Shown here: in pieces, positions 29,898-44,340 of the stretch | How positions within the stretch are numbered: position 1 is the stretch's first letter | How the letters are laid out: the number at the start of each line of letters is the position of its first letter | From: an uncultured Actinomycetes bacterium | GTDB taxonomy: Bacteria > Actinomycetota > Thermoleophilia > RBG-16-64-13 | Reading direction: 5' to 3' | DNA: 64,000 nucleotides | Assembly: GCA_963706025.1 (NCBI GenBank) | Contig: CAVPLM010000003.1 | Span: forward strand, 352,001 to 416,000 | Position numbers and translations under genes: made by a program | Notes under the pieces: model-generated | The model's database searches: none | The model's input: the letters and a program-made list of their open reading frames with translations, nothing else | What the model was told of the DNA's origin: nothing

Positions 29898-32003
29898 CTA
29901 GAAACTGGTGACGGGCGGCCCGGTAGGCGGCGGGGAAGTAGTGGGCGGCGCCGTGGTATCCGTGGTCGGTTCGGTGGTCGTGTCGGTGGTGGGAATGGTT
30001 GTGGTCGTGGTGCTGCTGGTGGTGGTGGTGCTGGACGTGGGGGCGACCGCGTATTCGCTCCGGAAGAAGGGATTGTACTCGACCAAGACCTCGGGTTCCG
30101 CAAACTCCTCCTCGGAGTAGTCGCGGTCGGCGTCGTACATGAACTTGCGCCACATCTCGGCCGGGAAACTGCCCCCGGTGACTTTGATGCCGTGGACATC
30201 GTCCATAGAGACCTGACCCTCGGGGTGGCCCATCCACACCGCCGTGGACAGGTTCGGCGTATAGCCACAGAACCAGGCGTCATACCACTCCTGGCCGGTC
30301 CCGGTCTTGCCGGCGCATGGCCTGTCGATGTCGGCTTTCTTGCCGGTGCCGTGCCAGATGTTTTGCTGCAGGAGACGGGTGACCTCATAAGCGACGCCGC
30401 CGGCGATCGCTTGGGTGCGTTTGGGTTCCGCCTCCCAGATCACGTTCCCTTGTGCGTCCCTGACCCTAAGTATGATGGTGGGCTCGATATGCTCCCCGCC
30501 ATTGGCCAGAGTGGCATAGGCCGAGGCCATCTCGAGCGGAGACACCCCTACGGTCAGACCGCCAAGAGCTATCGCCGGATCGGCGTTCAGGGGAGAGGTG
30601 ATGCCCATGCGATGGGCCACGTTGACGATCTGTTCGGCTCCCACATCGAGAGCCATCTGCGCATAGACCGTGTTGTCGCTGCGGAGCGTGGCTTCGGCTA
30701 CGGTCGAGGTGCCGTAGTAGCTGTTGCCGTAGGTTTTGACGTCCCAGGGCTCAGGCGCCCCGGGGTAGTCGAGGACCACCGGCATCGATTCGTAGTAGGT
30801 GTCGTACGGGCTGATCCCCATCTCGATAGCGGCGGTGAGAACGAACGTCTTGAACGCTGAACCCGGCTGCCGACGCCCCTGGGAGGCTAGGTTGAACTTG
30901 GAGCTATCGTAGTCGCTCCCCCCTACCATGGCGCGGATGAAGCCGGTCTTGGTCTCGATGCTCACCAGCGCGGCCGAGGGGTCGTCTTCTTTGTCGAGAG
31001 TGGTGGAGATAGCCTCCATCGCCAGCTTCTGGTAGGCGGGATTGATACTGGTCTCCACCCGTAACCCGCCTTCAAAGACTGTTTCCTCCCCGAACATGCC
31101 GATGAGCAGCTTGCGAACGTACGCCACCACGTATGGCTCCTGCACCTGGGTGTAGGGCGAGTAGGGGGCCAACTCAAGCGGTTCGCGTAGGGCCTGGCGA
31201 GCCTCGTCCAAGGTGACGAAGCCCTGGTCATGCATCTTGAGAAGGATCAGGTTGCGGCGCCTGAGGGCGTCCTCGGGATGCTTGCGGGGCGAGTACGCGC
31301 TGGGCGCCTGGGGAAGTCCGGCCAGGAGAGCGCTCTCTGCAATGGTGAGGTCAATGGGGTCTTTGTCGAAGTAGGTGCGCGCGGCTGCCTCCACCCCATA
31401 GGCGTTCGAGCCGAAGTACACCGTGTTCAGGTACATCTCCAGGATCTCGTCCTTGGAGTACTTCTTCTCCATCTGCCAGGCCAGCGCCATCTCGTTGAAC
31501 TTGCGAGAGAAAGTGATATCCGTGCGATCGAGGTAGAGGTTGCCGACGAGCTGCATGGTGATCGTAGAGAAGCCCTCGCTCACCCCCCTGGCTTGGACGT
31601 TGGTGACCAGGGCGCGCATGAACCCCTCGAGGTCCACGCCGGAATGTTCATAGAAACGCTCGTCCTCGACGGCGACGAGGGCGTGCTTCAGGGAGTCGGG
31701 CATTGCCTTGCCGCTGATGACGGTGCGGTTCTCTACGCCGTGTAGATAGGCAAGGAGAGTTCCATCCGCGGCGTAGAGCGCCGTGGTCTCGGCCAGCGCG
31801 ACCGAATTCTGGGCCTCCAGCGAAGGTAGGTCCTTCTCGATGGCGGCCACTGTGCGCAGGCCCGCGCTAAAGACCCCGGCGAGCACGATCGCTGCGATCA
31901 AGGGTATGACGACGAGCACGGCGATCAGGACGATGACGCGCTGTCGCCTAGCTGCGTGGGCGCGTCGCTGTCGCGCGCTCCGTCTCTCTCTACCGACTCT
32001 CAT
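29898..32003 (-). CDS. Class A penicillin-binding protein (PBP1A family) with Thr-rich C-terminal tail
   Basis: EDERFYEHSGVD, STITMQL, RKFNE, YLNTVYFG; transpeptidase motifs GSAFK, SDN, KTGT. Confidence 0.95.
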   Translation of the reverse strand: MRVGRERRSARQRRAHAARRQRVIVLIAVLVVIPLIAAIVLAGVFSAGLRTVAAIEKDLPSLEAQNSVALAETTALYAADGTLLAYLHGVENRTVISGKAMPDSLKHALVAVEDERFYEHSGVDLEGFMRALVTNVQARGVSEGFSTITMQLVGNLYLDRTDITFSRKFNEMALAWQMEKKYSKDEILEMYLNTVYFGSNAYGVEAAARTYFDKDPIDLTIAESALLAGLPQAPSAYSPRKHPEDALRRRNLILLKMHDQGFVTLDEARQALREPLELAPYSPYTQVQEPYVVAYVRKLLIGMFGEETVFEGGLRVETSINPAYQKLAMEAISTTLDKEDDPSAALVSIETKTGFIRAMVGGSDYDSSKFNLASQGRRQPGSAFKTFVLTAAIEMGISPYDTYYESMPVVLDYPGAPEPWDVKTYGNSYYGTSTVAEATLRSDNTVYAQMALDVGAEQIVNVAHRMGITSPLNADPAIALGGLTVGVSPLEMASAYATLANGGEHIEPTIILRVRDAQGNVIWEAEPKRTQAIAGGVAYEVTRLLQQNIWHGTGKKADIDRPCAGKTGTGQEWYDAWFCGYTPNLSTAVWMGHPEGQVSMDDVHGIKVTGGSFPAEMWRKFMYDADRDYSEEEFAEPEVLVEYNPFFRSEYAVAPTSSTTTTSSTTTTTIPTTDTTTEPTTDTTAPPTTSPPPTGPPVTSF

Positions 32004-32132
32004 GATCGCTCGCGTTGGCCTCCGTGTGACAGTTAGCCCCTCTGGAGAGGCACTCCGCTAGACGCATTTTAGCCGACCGGAGGTTCCCCGAGAACTCGCC
32101 ACCTCAAACTCGCCCGGTGGCGCGCCGCCACA

Positions 32133-32162
32133 CTTGACATTATCGGACTCAGATTTTATAAT
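32133..32162 (+). promoter_or_regulatory. Consensus housekeeping-sigma promoter of the dnaK operon, overlapped by a HAIR-like HspR operator
   Basis: TTGACA (32134-32139), 17-nt spacer, TATAAT (32157-32162). CTTGACA-N7-ACTCAGA matches HAIR CTTGAGT-N7-ACTCAAG at 10/14 positions. Confidence 0.8.
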
Positions 32163-32206
32163 GCCTCCATGCTAATGCACGTGATTCGAGTTTTGGAGGA
32201 TATGTA

Positions 32207-34150
32207 ATGGGCAAGATAATCGGCATCGACTTGGGCACGACCAACTCGGCCATGGCCGTGTTGGAAGGCGGCGAGCCGACCATCATTCCCAACGCCGAGG
32301 GTGGCCGCACCACCCCGTCCGTTGTGGCTTTCACCAAGACCGGCGAACAACTGGTCGGTACCGTGGCGAAGCGCCAAGCAGTCACCAACCCTGAAAACAC
32401 CGTTTTCTCCATCAAGCGCTTCATGGGTCGCAAATTCTCCAATGTAAGCGAAGAGATGAAGATCGTCCCCTACAAAGTGGTCGAAGGTCCGAATAGCGAC
32501 GTGCGAGTGCAGGTCAAGGACGGGCAATTCTCTCCACCTGAGATATCGGCGAAGATCCTCCAGAAACTCAAGCGCGATGCTGAGGCCTTCCTGGGTACCG
32601 AGGTGACCGAAGCGGTGATCACCGTACCGGCGTACTTCGATGATGCTCAGCGGCAGGCTACCAAAGACGCTGGGATCATCGCCGGCCTGGAGGTCAAGCG
32701 GATTGTCAACGAGCCTACCGCTGCCTCTCTGGCCTACGGGCTCGACAAAGAGCACGAGCAGACCGTCCTGGTGTTCGACCTGGGCGGCGGCACCTTCGAC
32801 GTCTCCATCCTGGAGTTGGGCGACGGGGTCTTCGAGGTCAAATCCACGAACGGTGACACCCATCTGGGCGGCGACAACTTCGACAAGGCCGTGGTGGATT
32901 GGATCGTGACCGAGTTCCGGAAAGAGAAGGGTGTCGATCTGACCAAAGACCGTCAGGCCCTGCAACGCCTCTACGAAGCGGCCGAGAAGGCCAAGGTCGA
33001 GTTGTCCTCGGTGCTCGAGACAAGCATCAACCAGCCCTTCATCACGATGGATCAGAGCGGGCCGCTCCACCTGGAGATGACTCTCTCCCGAGCTAAGTTG
33101 GAGGAACTCACGCGAGAACTGCTCGACCGGGTGGTCGGTCCCACCAAACAGGCCATGACGGACGCCGGCCTCAAGACCGGCGATATCGACCAGGTGATCC
33201 TGGTAGGCGGCATGACCCGCATGCCCTCGGTACAGGCGAAGGTTCGAGAACTGACCGGCAAGGAGCCGCATAAGGGCATCAACCCGGACGAGGTCGTAGC
33301 CCTGGGCGCGGCCATCCAGGGTGGGGTGCTGGCCGGCGAGGTCAAAGACATCATCCTTCTCGACGTGACTCCGCTCTCCCTGGGTATCGAGACCAAGGGC
33401 GGCGTCTTCACCCGGCTCATCGATCGGAACACGACCATCCCCACCCGCAAAGGCGAGATCTTCTCCACGGCGGAGGATGGCCAGACTTCAGTAGAGATCC
33501 ACGTGCTCCAGGGCGAACGCGACCTGGCCGCCTATAACAAGACCCTGGGCAAATTCCAGCTCATGGGGATTCCGCCCGCTCCACGGGGCATCCCGCAGAT
33601 CGAGGTGACCTTCGACATCGACGCCAACGGCATCACCCATGTCTCGGCGAAAGATCTCGCCACCGGCAACGAGCAGAAGATCGTGATCAAGAGCTCGAGC
33701 GGCTTGAGCGACGACGAGATCAAGCAGATGATGCGTGACGCCGAGGTCAACGCCGAGGAAGACCGTAAGAAGAAGGAACTGGTCGACGCCAAGAACCAGG
33801 CGGAGCATCTGATCTACTCCACAAGGAAGTCGCTCAAGGACTTCGGAGACAAGGTAGACGGCGCCGCCCGCGGCGACATAGAGAACGCCTTGAGAGATCT
33901 AGAAGAAGCCATCAAGGGCGACAACATCGACCTTATCCGGAGCCGGATGAACACCCTTCAGGAAGCCGCGTACAAGCTCTCCGAGGCGGCTTACCAAGCA
34001 GCGCAAGCGCAGTATGCGGGCAGCGCAGGCGGTGGCGGCGGTGGCGGCGGCGGCGGCGCAGCGGGCGGCTCTGAGGGCGCCGGCTCGGGCCCGGCCGAGG
34101 ACGAAGTGGTCGAAGAGGCCGATTACGAGGTCATCGACGAAGACAAATAG
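32207..34150 (+). CDS. dnaK: Chaperone DnaK
   Basis: [50 protein letters not shown]. Confidence 0.99.
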   Translation: MGKIIGIDLGTTNSAMAVLEGGEPTIIPNAEGGRTTPSVVAFTKTGEQLVGTVAKRQAVTNPENTVFSIKRFMGRKFSNVSEEMKIVPYKVVEGPNSDVRVQVKDGQFSPPEISAKILQKLKRDAEAFLGTEVTEAVITVPAYFDDAQRQATKDAGIIAGLEVKRIVNEPTAASLAYGLDKEHEQTVLVFDLGGGTFDVSILELGDGVFEVKSTNGDTHLGGDNFDKAVVDWIVTEFRKEKGVDLTKDRQALQRLYEAAEKAKVELSSVLETSINQPFITMDQSGPLHLEMTLSRAKLEELTRELLDRVVGPTKQAMTDAGLKTGDIDQVILVGGMTRMPSVQAKVRELTGKEPHKGINPDEVVALGAAIQGGVLAGEVKDIILLDVTPLSLGIETKGGVFTRLIDRNTTIPTRKGEIFSTAEDGQTSVEIHVLQGERDLAAYNKTLGKFQLMGIPPAPRGIPQIEVTFDIDANGITHVSAKDLATGNEQKIVIKSSSGLSDDEIKQMMRDAEVNAEEDRKKKELVDAKNQAEHLIYSTRKSLKDFGDKVDGAARGDIENALRDLEEAIKGDNIDLIRSRMNTLQEAAYKLSEAAYQAAQAQYAGSAGGGGGGGGGGAAGGSEGAGSGPAEDEVVEEADYEVIDEDK

Positions 34151-34277
34151 GGTGCAAAACCCGTTCGCCCCGCGCTGGTGGCGAGCGGACAACAGTAGAC
34201 TGACCGGCCGCCCCAGCGGCGGCCGGACCGTGCCCCACAGGAGGTGGGCGCGGCGGAAAGAACAGGGAGGTACAGAA

Positions 34278-34760
34278 ATGGCATTGGTAAGGTGGGATCC
34301 GTTCCGCGATCTGACGGCGCTTCAGACAGAGGTGAACCGCTTGTTCTCCCGGGCCGGAACCGGCGACATGGCCGAGCGCCAGTCCTGGACGCCTTCGATC
34401 GACGTGATCGAGACCGATGACGCCATCAAGCTCAAAGCGGAGCTTGCCGGTTTGGAGCCGGACGACATCAACATCGAGGTCCAAGACAACGTCCTCACCA
34501 TGAGCGGCGAGCGCCGCTTCCAAGAGGAAGTGAGAGAAGACAAGTACTATCGGATCGAGCGGCGCTACGGTTCGTTCAGCCGCTCGATAGCTCTTCCTCA
34601 AACGGTGGATGAGAGCAAGATCGAAGCCAAGTACGAAAACGGGGTGCTCGAGGTCTCGGTGCCCAAAGCCGAGATCGCGAAGCCCAAGAAGATCACGGTA
34701 GCCGTGGGCGGAGAGACCCAGAAGACGGTCGAGGCCAGGGCCACCGAGGGCGAGGCGTAG
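34278..34760 (+). CDS. Hsp20/alpha-crystallin small heat shock protein
   Basis: RBS GGGAGG; MALVRWDPFRDL, WTPSIDVIE, ERRYGSFSRSIALP, AKYENGVLEVSVPK. Confidence 0.97.
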   Translation: MALVRWDPFRDLTALQTEVNRLFSRAGTGDMAERQSWTPSIDVIETDDAIKLKAELAGLEPDDINIEVQDNVLTMSGERRFQEEVREDKYYRIERRYGSFSRSIALPQTVDESKIEAKYENGVLEVSVPKAEIAKPKKITVAVGGETQKTVEARATEGEA

Positions 34761-34780
34761 ACGAAAGACGACTCATGTCG

Positions 34781-34805
34781 GGGCGGCGGCCGCAGGCCGC
34801 CGCCC
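34781..34805 (+). terminator. 11-bp intercistronic hairpin between hsp20 and grpE
   Basis: GGGCGGCGGCC-GCA-GGCCGCCGCCC. Confidence 0.5.
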
Positions 34806-34858
34806 GCCCCGCCAAGCGCAAAGTAGTGGAAGATAGGCGAGAGACGAGAGACAGGCTC

Positions 34859-35629
34859 ATGACTACCAGCAGACGGCGTATCCCGATCAACAATCATGCG
34901 TTCGCGAACCACGCGGCCACGGGCTCGGCCTCGAGCTATGCACACGCGTCCAAGCCTCAGGTGCCTGAGGCCACATCCTCTGGGGCCACGGGACCCGCCT
35001 TCCCGGGAAACGGGCCGGACGTCGCTCCGGGGCCCACGGGAGCTGAGGCGACGGAGCCCCAGATGCAGCGGTCTCATAGCAAGGGACCGCACGCCCCGGA
35101 CCCGCGCCTCGCGGAGCTGCAGGCTGCCGAGACGCTCCTGATCGAAGCACAAGCCGAGCTGGACAAGGTGACCGAGGAACGGGACGCTTTGACCGAATCG
35201 GTGCTGCGGCTGCGGGCCGAGTTTGAGAACTACCGCAAAAGGGCTACCCGCGAGCTGGTTCAAGCGCGGGATCGAGCTCAAGGAGAATTGCTCAGCGAGC
35301 TGCTACCGGTGTTGGACAATCTGGAGCGCGCCCTCGAGGCGGCCGAGCATCACGAAGAGGGCAAAGTGCTGGGCGGTGTACGGATGACCCGGGACATGTT
35401 CGCGGACCTGCTACGGCGTTCAGGAGTCGAGGAGATCGAGACCGTGGGCGTCAGGTTCGACCCTGTCGTCCACGAAGCTATGCTTCTGCAGCCCTCCGAT
35501 AGCGATGAGGGCATCGTGACCGCCGTGCTGGAGCGCGGATATCGACAGGGGGAACACGTTCTGCGGCCGGCGAGAGTGGCGGTATCCTCGGGACCCGGTG
35601 CCCCGGTCGGATCAGGCACCGCCGGGTAG
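34859..35629 (+). CDS. grpE: Nucleotide exchange factor GrpE (long low-complexity N-terminus; start uncertain)
   Basis: LRLRAEFENYRKR, LLPVLDNLERAL, FDPVVHEAM, GYRQGEHVLRPARVAV. Confidence 0.95.
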   Translation: MTTSRRRIPINNHAFANHAATGSASSYAHASKPQVPEATSSGATGPAFPGNGPDVAPGPTGAEATEPQMQRSHSKGPHAPDPRLAELQAAETLLIEAQAELDKVTEERDALTESVLRLRAEFENYRKRATRELVQARDRAQGELLSELLPVLDNLERALEAAEHHEEGKVLGGVRMTRDMFADLLRRSGVEEIETVGVRFDPVVHEAMLLQPSDSDEGIVTAVLERGYRQGEHVLRPARVAVSSGPGAPVGSGTAG

Positions 35630-36766
<1,137 letters not shown>

Positions 36767-36816
36767 GCAGGGAGGACCGGGGATGACCATGCGACTTAAT
36801 CTGACGGAGGCCGCAC

Positions 36817-37248
36817 ATGGCGTTTGAAGACAAGATGAGGCCGGTGTTCATGATCTCGGTGGCCGCTGAACTGGCCGAGATGCACCCGCAGACGTTGCGT
36901 ATGTACGAACGGCGGGGCTTGATCCGTCCCCGGCGGTCCTCGAAGAGCACTCGCCTGTATTCTATGGACGATGTGGACAAGCTTCGTCGCATCCAGCAGC
37001 TGGTGGCTGAATGCGGTCTCAATCTGGCTGGAGTGGAACGGGTCCTCGAGATGGAGGAGCAGTTGGTCACACTGCAAAGGCGGCTTGACCAGCTGGAGGC
37101 CGAGATGGACCGTCTGAGCGCACAGGCAGGGGAGGAACTGGAAGCAGTGCATCGTAGCTACCGCAAAGAGCTTGTGCCTCTCACCAGCCGGGGTGAGGTG
37201 CTGGTCGTGGCCCGCCAGCGTCGTTTCGGATCGCCGGGTTCCCGGTAG
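36817..37248 (+). CDS. hspR: Heat shock repressor HspR (MerR family)
   Basis: PVFMISVAAELAEMHPQTLRMYERRGLI.P.R...RLYS..D..GLNLAGV; located after dnaJ. Confidence 0.93.
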   Translation: MAFEDKMRPVFMISVAAELAEMHPQTLRMYERRGLIRPRRSSKSTRLYSMDDVDKLRRIQQLVAECGLNLAGVERVLEMEEQLVTLQRRLDQLEAEMDRLSAQAGEELEAVHRSYRKELVPLTSRGEVLVVARQRRFGSPGSR

Positions 37249-37251
37249 TTC

Positions 37252-37851
37252 TTGGCCGACGAGCTCTCATACGACGCCCAAGGGGTCGAGTCGGCTGAAG
37301 AGCCGGTAGGCGGCGAACTGCCCGCGGCTCGAGAGCAATTCTGTGCCAACCATCCTAGTCGCGCCACCATGGTGACCTGTAGCGCCTGTAGTAAGCCGCT
37401 CTGCCCCGATTGCATGGTGTACTCCGCGGTCGGCATCAAGTGCGAGGAATGCGCGCGAATGCCGCGATCGGCCCGAGTGACCCTGAGTGGCAGGCGCCTG
37501 CTGTGGGCTGTGGCGGCGGGCCTGTGGGCAGGCATTGCCCTTGGTTTCGCCTACTACTACATCCTCGGGAGCATCGGGTTCTTCTTCTTGTTCTTCTTCG
37601 CGGCCGCGGGCATCGGGTATCTTGTAGGCGAGGCCGTTTCAAGGGCCTCCGGCCGTTACCACGGGCTCAAGACGGCCCTGGTGGCGGCGCTCTCTACGGT
37701 GTGGGCCTTCTTGCTGCCACCGGTGACTGCCGCCTTCATCAGCTTCGGCGTGAGCTGGGATATAGTCGTGTTCACCCTTTCGACCCGCGGGGTCATCAAC
37801 TGGGTCGTGATGGCTTTTGCCGCCTACCTGGCCTGGTCGCGGAACCGGTGA
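37252..37851 (+). CDS. B-box zinc-finger membrane protein
   Basis: CANHP..TCSACSKPLCPDCM..VGIKCEEC followed by about four TM helices. Confidence 0.7.
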   Translation: MADELSYDAQGVESAEEPVGGELPAAREQFCANHPSRATMVTCSACSKPLCPDCMVYSAVGIKCEECARMPRSARVTLSGRRLLWAVAAGLWAGIALGFAYYYILGSIGFFFLFFFAAAGIGYLVGEAVSRASGRYHGLKTALVAALSTVWAFLLPPVTAAFISFGVSWDIVVFTLSTRGVINWVVMAFAAYLAWSRNR

Positions 37852-37999
37852 TCGTCGAGCGGTCGACGCAATGCCTGCGCAGTGGCGTGTCGCCCCGTGG
37901 GCCTGGCACTCTCATATGTAGAGTGCCAGCCGAAACCCTGCACAGCCGGCGCGTTTTTCGCTATACTTTGGCGGCGATGGATCAGGAGGTCTAGTAGCC

Positions 38000-38335
38000 T
38001 TGCCTACGTATGAGTATCGTTGCGTTTCGTGTGAGCATCAGTTCGAACGCTTCCAGCGGATGTCCGATGACCCGGTGAAAGAGTGCGAGGTCTGTGGGTC
38101 GTCCGTCAAGCGGCTGCTTTTCCCCGTGGCCATCCATTTCAAGGGTAGCGGGTTCTATAGCACCGACTACGCGCGGCGGAACGCCCTTGGCTCGGCAGGC
38201 ACCCACGCCGCGAACGGGAGCGGGTCCGAAAGCTCGTCGACATCAGACAGTGCTGCTTCCAACGACGGAGTCAAGTCCGCGGAGCCGCAGTCGAGCCCCT
38301 CGACCGTAGCCACCGCGGCCGCCAAGAACGACTGA
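38000..38335 (+). CDS. FmdB family zinc-ribbon protein
   Basis: MPTYEYRCVSCEHQFE..QRMSDDP..CEVCG..IHFKGSGFYSTDY; RBS AGGAGG. Confidence 0.9.
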   Translation: MPTYEYRCVSCEHQFERFQRMSDDPVKECEVCGSSVKRLLFPVAIHFKGSGFYSTDYARRNALGSAGTHAANGSGSESSSTSDSAASNDGVKSAEPQSSPSTVATAAAKND

Positions 38336-38352
38336 GTCCGTTTCCGCCCGCC

Positions 38353-39219
38353 ATGCCCGGTAGGGACGCAGAGGACTGCGCATTGGTCGGCTTCGGTCCC
38401 TCGCGCCCACTGATCGTCCTCACCAATGACGATGGGGTTTGGTCGCCCGGCCTGGCCGTGCTGAAGGCTTCTCTGGACCCCTTAGGCGAGATCCGCATCG
38501 TAGCCCCCGACCAGAACCGCTCGGGGGCCGCGAGGAGCATCACCATGCACTCCCCGCTCTGCGTGGAGGAGGTGGAGCTTCCCGACGGAACCCTGGCCTA
38601 CAGTACCGACGGCACTCCAGTAGATTGCGTACGCATGGCGGTCCTCGGCCTGCTCGACCGCACGCCCGACCTCATCGTCTCCGGGATAAACCTGGGCGGC
38701 AACATGGGTGACGACATCACCTACTCGGGTACCGTGGCCGCCGCTTTGGAGGGCATCATGCTGGATATCCCCGCGGTCGCGCTCTCGGCCGAGGGTTACC
38801 ATCCTGGTTATGATCTGTCGGTGCCCGCTCGTTTCGCGCACCGTCTGGTATCGGTGATGCTGGCAAGAGGTTTTCCTGCCAAGACGCTTCTCAATGTGAA
38901 CTGTCCGGACCGTCCCTGGGGAGCTTTGCGGGGCGCGCGCCTTACCACCCTCGGCAAGCGCATCTACGGTGACAAGGTGCAGTATCACGATACCCGGGAC
39001 GGCCGCCGCCGGTACTACATCTACAACGACAACCTCAGTTACCACCATGAAGCGGGTACCGATTTCGAGGCTATCGCCGGAGGCTGGGTGTCCATCACTC
39101 CCCTCCATTTCGATCTGATGTCTCACGATGCCCTCGATCGACTCCAGGGCTGGGAACAACACCTGGGTCCGTGGGGAGAGGGGCAGGCTCAGGAAGGCGA
39201 GAACGGAGGGCGACTCTGA
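38353..39219 (+). CDS. surE: 5'/3'-nucleotidase SurE
   Basis: LTNDDGV.SPG, VAPDQNRSG, DGTPVDCV, SGINLGGNMG..YSGTVAAA, VSITPL. Confidence 0.96.
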   Translation: MPGRDAEDCALVGFGPSRPLIVLTNDDGVWSPGLAVLKASLDPLGEIRIVAPDQNRSGAARSITMHSPLCVEEVELPDGTLAYSTDGTPVDCVRMAVLGLLDRTPDLIVSGINLGGNMGDDITYSGTVAAALEGIMLDIPAVALSAEGYHPGYDLSVPARFAHRLVSVMLARGFPAKTLLNVNCPDRPWGALRGARLTTLGKRIYGDKVQYHDTRDGRRRYYIYNDNLSYHHEAGTDFEAIAGGWVSITPLHFDLMSHDALDRLQGWEQHLGPWGEGQAQEGENGGRL

Positions 39220-39257
39220 GCGGGCGCCCTCGTCGGGAGCGGGCCCCCGAAGGAAAC

Positions 39258-42049
<2,792 letters not shown>

Positions 42050-42072
<23 letters not shown>

Positions 42073-42880
42073 GAACGAGCCTCTCTCCGTCAGCGGTCGC
42101 TTCGAGGACTCGTTGCACTCGAGGCCGGCCCCCCTGGTCCCTTTCCATGTGGATGATCAGCGGTCCGACAGAGCGCAGGTGATCGGCCGTCTCCCTTTTC
42201 ATAGCGAGCCAGTCGGCGAGCGTGGCCTCGGGATCCGGCGTCGACACCGTCGCCAGCCCGGACGTCCCTTGGACCAGAGTCTCGAGGAACCCTGGGCCAT
42301 CTCGGCGGACCAAGTCGCGGGCTATCACCCAGTTCGGCTTCATCCCGGTGGCTTTGCGGAACACCGTGGCCCGGGCCGGGGTGCCGTGCTTCGCCGTGAG
42401 TTGCACCGTGAAGGAGCGGCCACGCAGGGCCGGCAGTTCTACTTGCCCGTCGTCGACCGTGACGATGCGCTCGTCGCGAGGCAAGAACTCGATAAGGGCG
42501 TTCATCAGGGTGGACTTTCCCACATCGGGACTGCCGCTGATGATCATGCTCCGCTTGAGTCCCAGACTGCCGTTGAAGTAGCGTGCATACCAGGGGCTAA
42601 CCGTGTTGTTGTCCACCAGGCTGCGAAGAGGCACATTGAGCACACGGTGCTCCCGGTCGGCGGCGGCGGCGGCGTACATCACCGACGTGGCAGCTTCAAG
42701 GGAGGGCGCCCGGTTGAATTGGTAGGAGTCGTAGGCATGCACCACCGCCTGGAGGAGCTGAACGATGAGCATCAGCTGGGCCCGTTCTTGCTCCGGAGGA
42801 TCCATCTCGCCGATAAGGTCGTCGGCGAGTTTCCTCAGGCGGTCCTCGTAGGCAATGAGTATCCGATCGAAAGTGGGCAC
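42050..42880 (-). CDS. Orphan VirB11/CpaF-like P-loop ATPase, degenerate
   Basis: IIISGSPDVGKSTLMNALIEFLPRDERIVTVDD; MKPNWVIARD in place of PDRIIVGE; RPRVQRVLE. Confidence 0.65.
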
Positions 42881-43076
42881 TCTAGTTCTCCCGTCTTGTC
42901 GGGATGGTGCGATTCTACTCGGTCGCCGGTCTCGACGCCACGGCCTGGGCAAGGAGCACGCTGTCGGGTAGCCTGTGCTCCGGCAAACCGGGGAACGCAA
43001 GCAAGCGGCGAGACACGGTGCTGTGCGGTCCAATGTATTTCATGTATGCTTACAACTGATTTATGGGAGAGGTGAC

Positions 43077-43250
43077 ATGGATCTAGAGCAAGTCAAAGAA
43101 GCGGTCGAGCAGGCAGCGACGAACGGAGTGCTCACCTGCCACGATGCCCGCGCCCTCGCCGAACAGCTTGGAGTGGAATACTCGCTGGTGGGGCAGGCCT
43201 GCAACGAGGCGGGTATCAAGGTCCGCGCCTGCGAACTGGGCTGTTTCTGA
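43077..43250 (+). CDS. Small Cys-rich protein ending C-x-LGCF, first gene of tungstate operon
   Basis: RBS GAGGTG; MDLEQVKEAVEQAATNGVLTCHDARALAEQLGVEYSLVGQACNEAGIKVRACELGCF. Confidence 0.75.
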   Translation: MDLEQVKEAVEQAATNGVLTCHDARALAEQLGVEYSLVGQACNEAGIKVRACELGCF

Positions 43251-43307
43251 TAATCTCTGGCTCCGGCAGCTCTCTCCCCCACATAACGACTTTCGGGAGG
43301 ATCGGGG

Positions 43308-44264
43308 ATGAGAGTAGTCGAGAAGATGAGAGCCATGCGGTCGGACCGGCATCTGTGGCTCGCCCTATTGCTGGTGCTCGCAGTCGCCTTGGCTGTGGCT
43401 CCGCTTACCGCGGGGTGTGGTGAGGAAGAGGAGACTACGACCACAGCCGCGCAGTCGAGCACGACCGTCGCGCCTGAGACGACGACCACTGCAGCTGCCG
43501 AGACGACGACGACCGTCGCCAAATCAGACCTGGTACTAGCGTCGACCACGTCGACCCAGGACTCCGGTCTGTTCGATGTACTGATCCCTGCTTTCAGCGA
43601 AGCCTACCCGCAATACACCGTCAAAGTCGTCGCGGTGGGCAGCGGCGAGGCTCTTAAGCTTGGCGAGACAGGCGACGCCGACGTGCTTCTCGTCCACTCT
43701 CCGGCCGCCGAGGAAGAGTTCATGGCCAACGGCTACGGGGTGGAGCGCGAAGCGGTCATGTACAACGACTTCATTATCGTGGGTCCCGCGGAAGACCCCG
43801 CCAAGATCAAGGGCATGACCGACGCCTCCGATGCGTTCACGGCAATTGCCGCTGCCGAGGCTCTCTTCTTTAGCCGGGGTGACGATTCTGGCACGCACAA
43901 CAAGGAGAAAGCTGTCTGGAAAGAGGCCGGCATCACGCCCGAAGGGGATTGGTATCAGACCACCGGACAGGGCATGGGCGAGACCCTCACCATCACCGAC
44001 CAGAAGAGCGGCAACACCTTGGCCGATCGGGGCACCTACCTGTCGAAGAAGGACACGCTCTCGCTCGAGATCCTGGTGGAGGGAGACAAGGCGCTCTTCA
44101 ATCAGTACCACGTGATAACAGTGAAGGACGCGAAGAATCCGCAAGGCGGGACGGATTTCCTGAACTGGATCATCTCTCCGCCGGCGCAAGAGCTCATCGG
44201 CACCTTTGGAATCGAGGAGTTCGGCCAGCCGCTGTTCGTCCCCAACGCCGGCCAGGTCGAGTAG
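43308..44264 (+). CDS. tupA: Tungstate ABC transporter substrate-binding lipoprotein
   Basis: TAGC lipobox; LASTTSTQDSGL, GDADVLLVHSP, MYNDFIIVGP, SRGDDSGTHNKE, GQGMGETL, DRGT. Confidence 0.93.
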   Translation: MRVVEKMRAMRSDRHLWLALLLVLAVALAVAPLTAGCGEEEETTTTAAQSSTTVAPETTTTAAAETTTTVAKSDLVLASTTSTQDSGLFDVLIPAFSEAYPQYTVKVVAVGSGEALKLGETGDADVLLVHSPAAEEEFMANGYGVEREAVMYNDFIIVGPAEDPAKIKGMTDASDAFTAIAAAEALFFSRGDDSGTHNKEKAVWKEAGITPEGDWYQTTGQGMGETLTITDQKSGNTLADRGTYLSKKDTLSLEILVEGDKALFNQYHVITVKDAKNPQGGTDFLNWIISPPAQELIGTFGIEEFGQPLFVPNAGQVE

Positions 44265-44284
44265 GATAGACGGGAGGGTACAAT

Positions 44285-44318
44285 AGGGGGCGCCTCGCCA
44301 GACGGCGAGGCGCCCCCT
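44285..44318 (+). terminator. 15-bp hairpin between tupA and tupB (stoichiometry/stabilising stem)
   Basis: AGGGGGCGCCTCGCC-AGAC-GGCGAGGCGCCCCCT. Confidence 0.6.
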
Positions 44319-44340
44319 TCCTCACGAGGGCGATACTGAG

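Noticed and set aside
42950-43010. GGCAAACC...ACGCAAG upstream of the tungstate operon as a c-di-GMP-I or Moco/Wco riboswitch
   Set aside because: The GNRA-capped P2 extension and the downstream P3 features are missing, and no Moco-motif consensus is seen.
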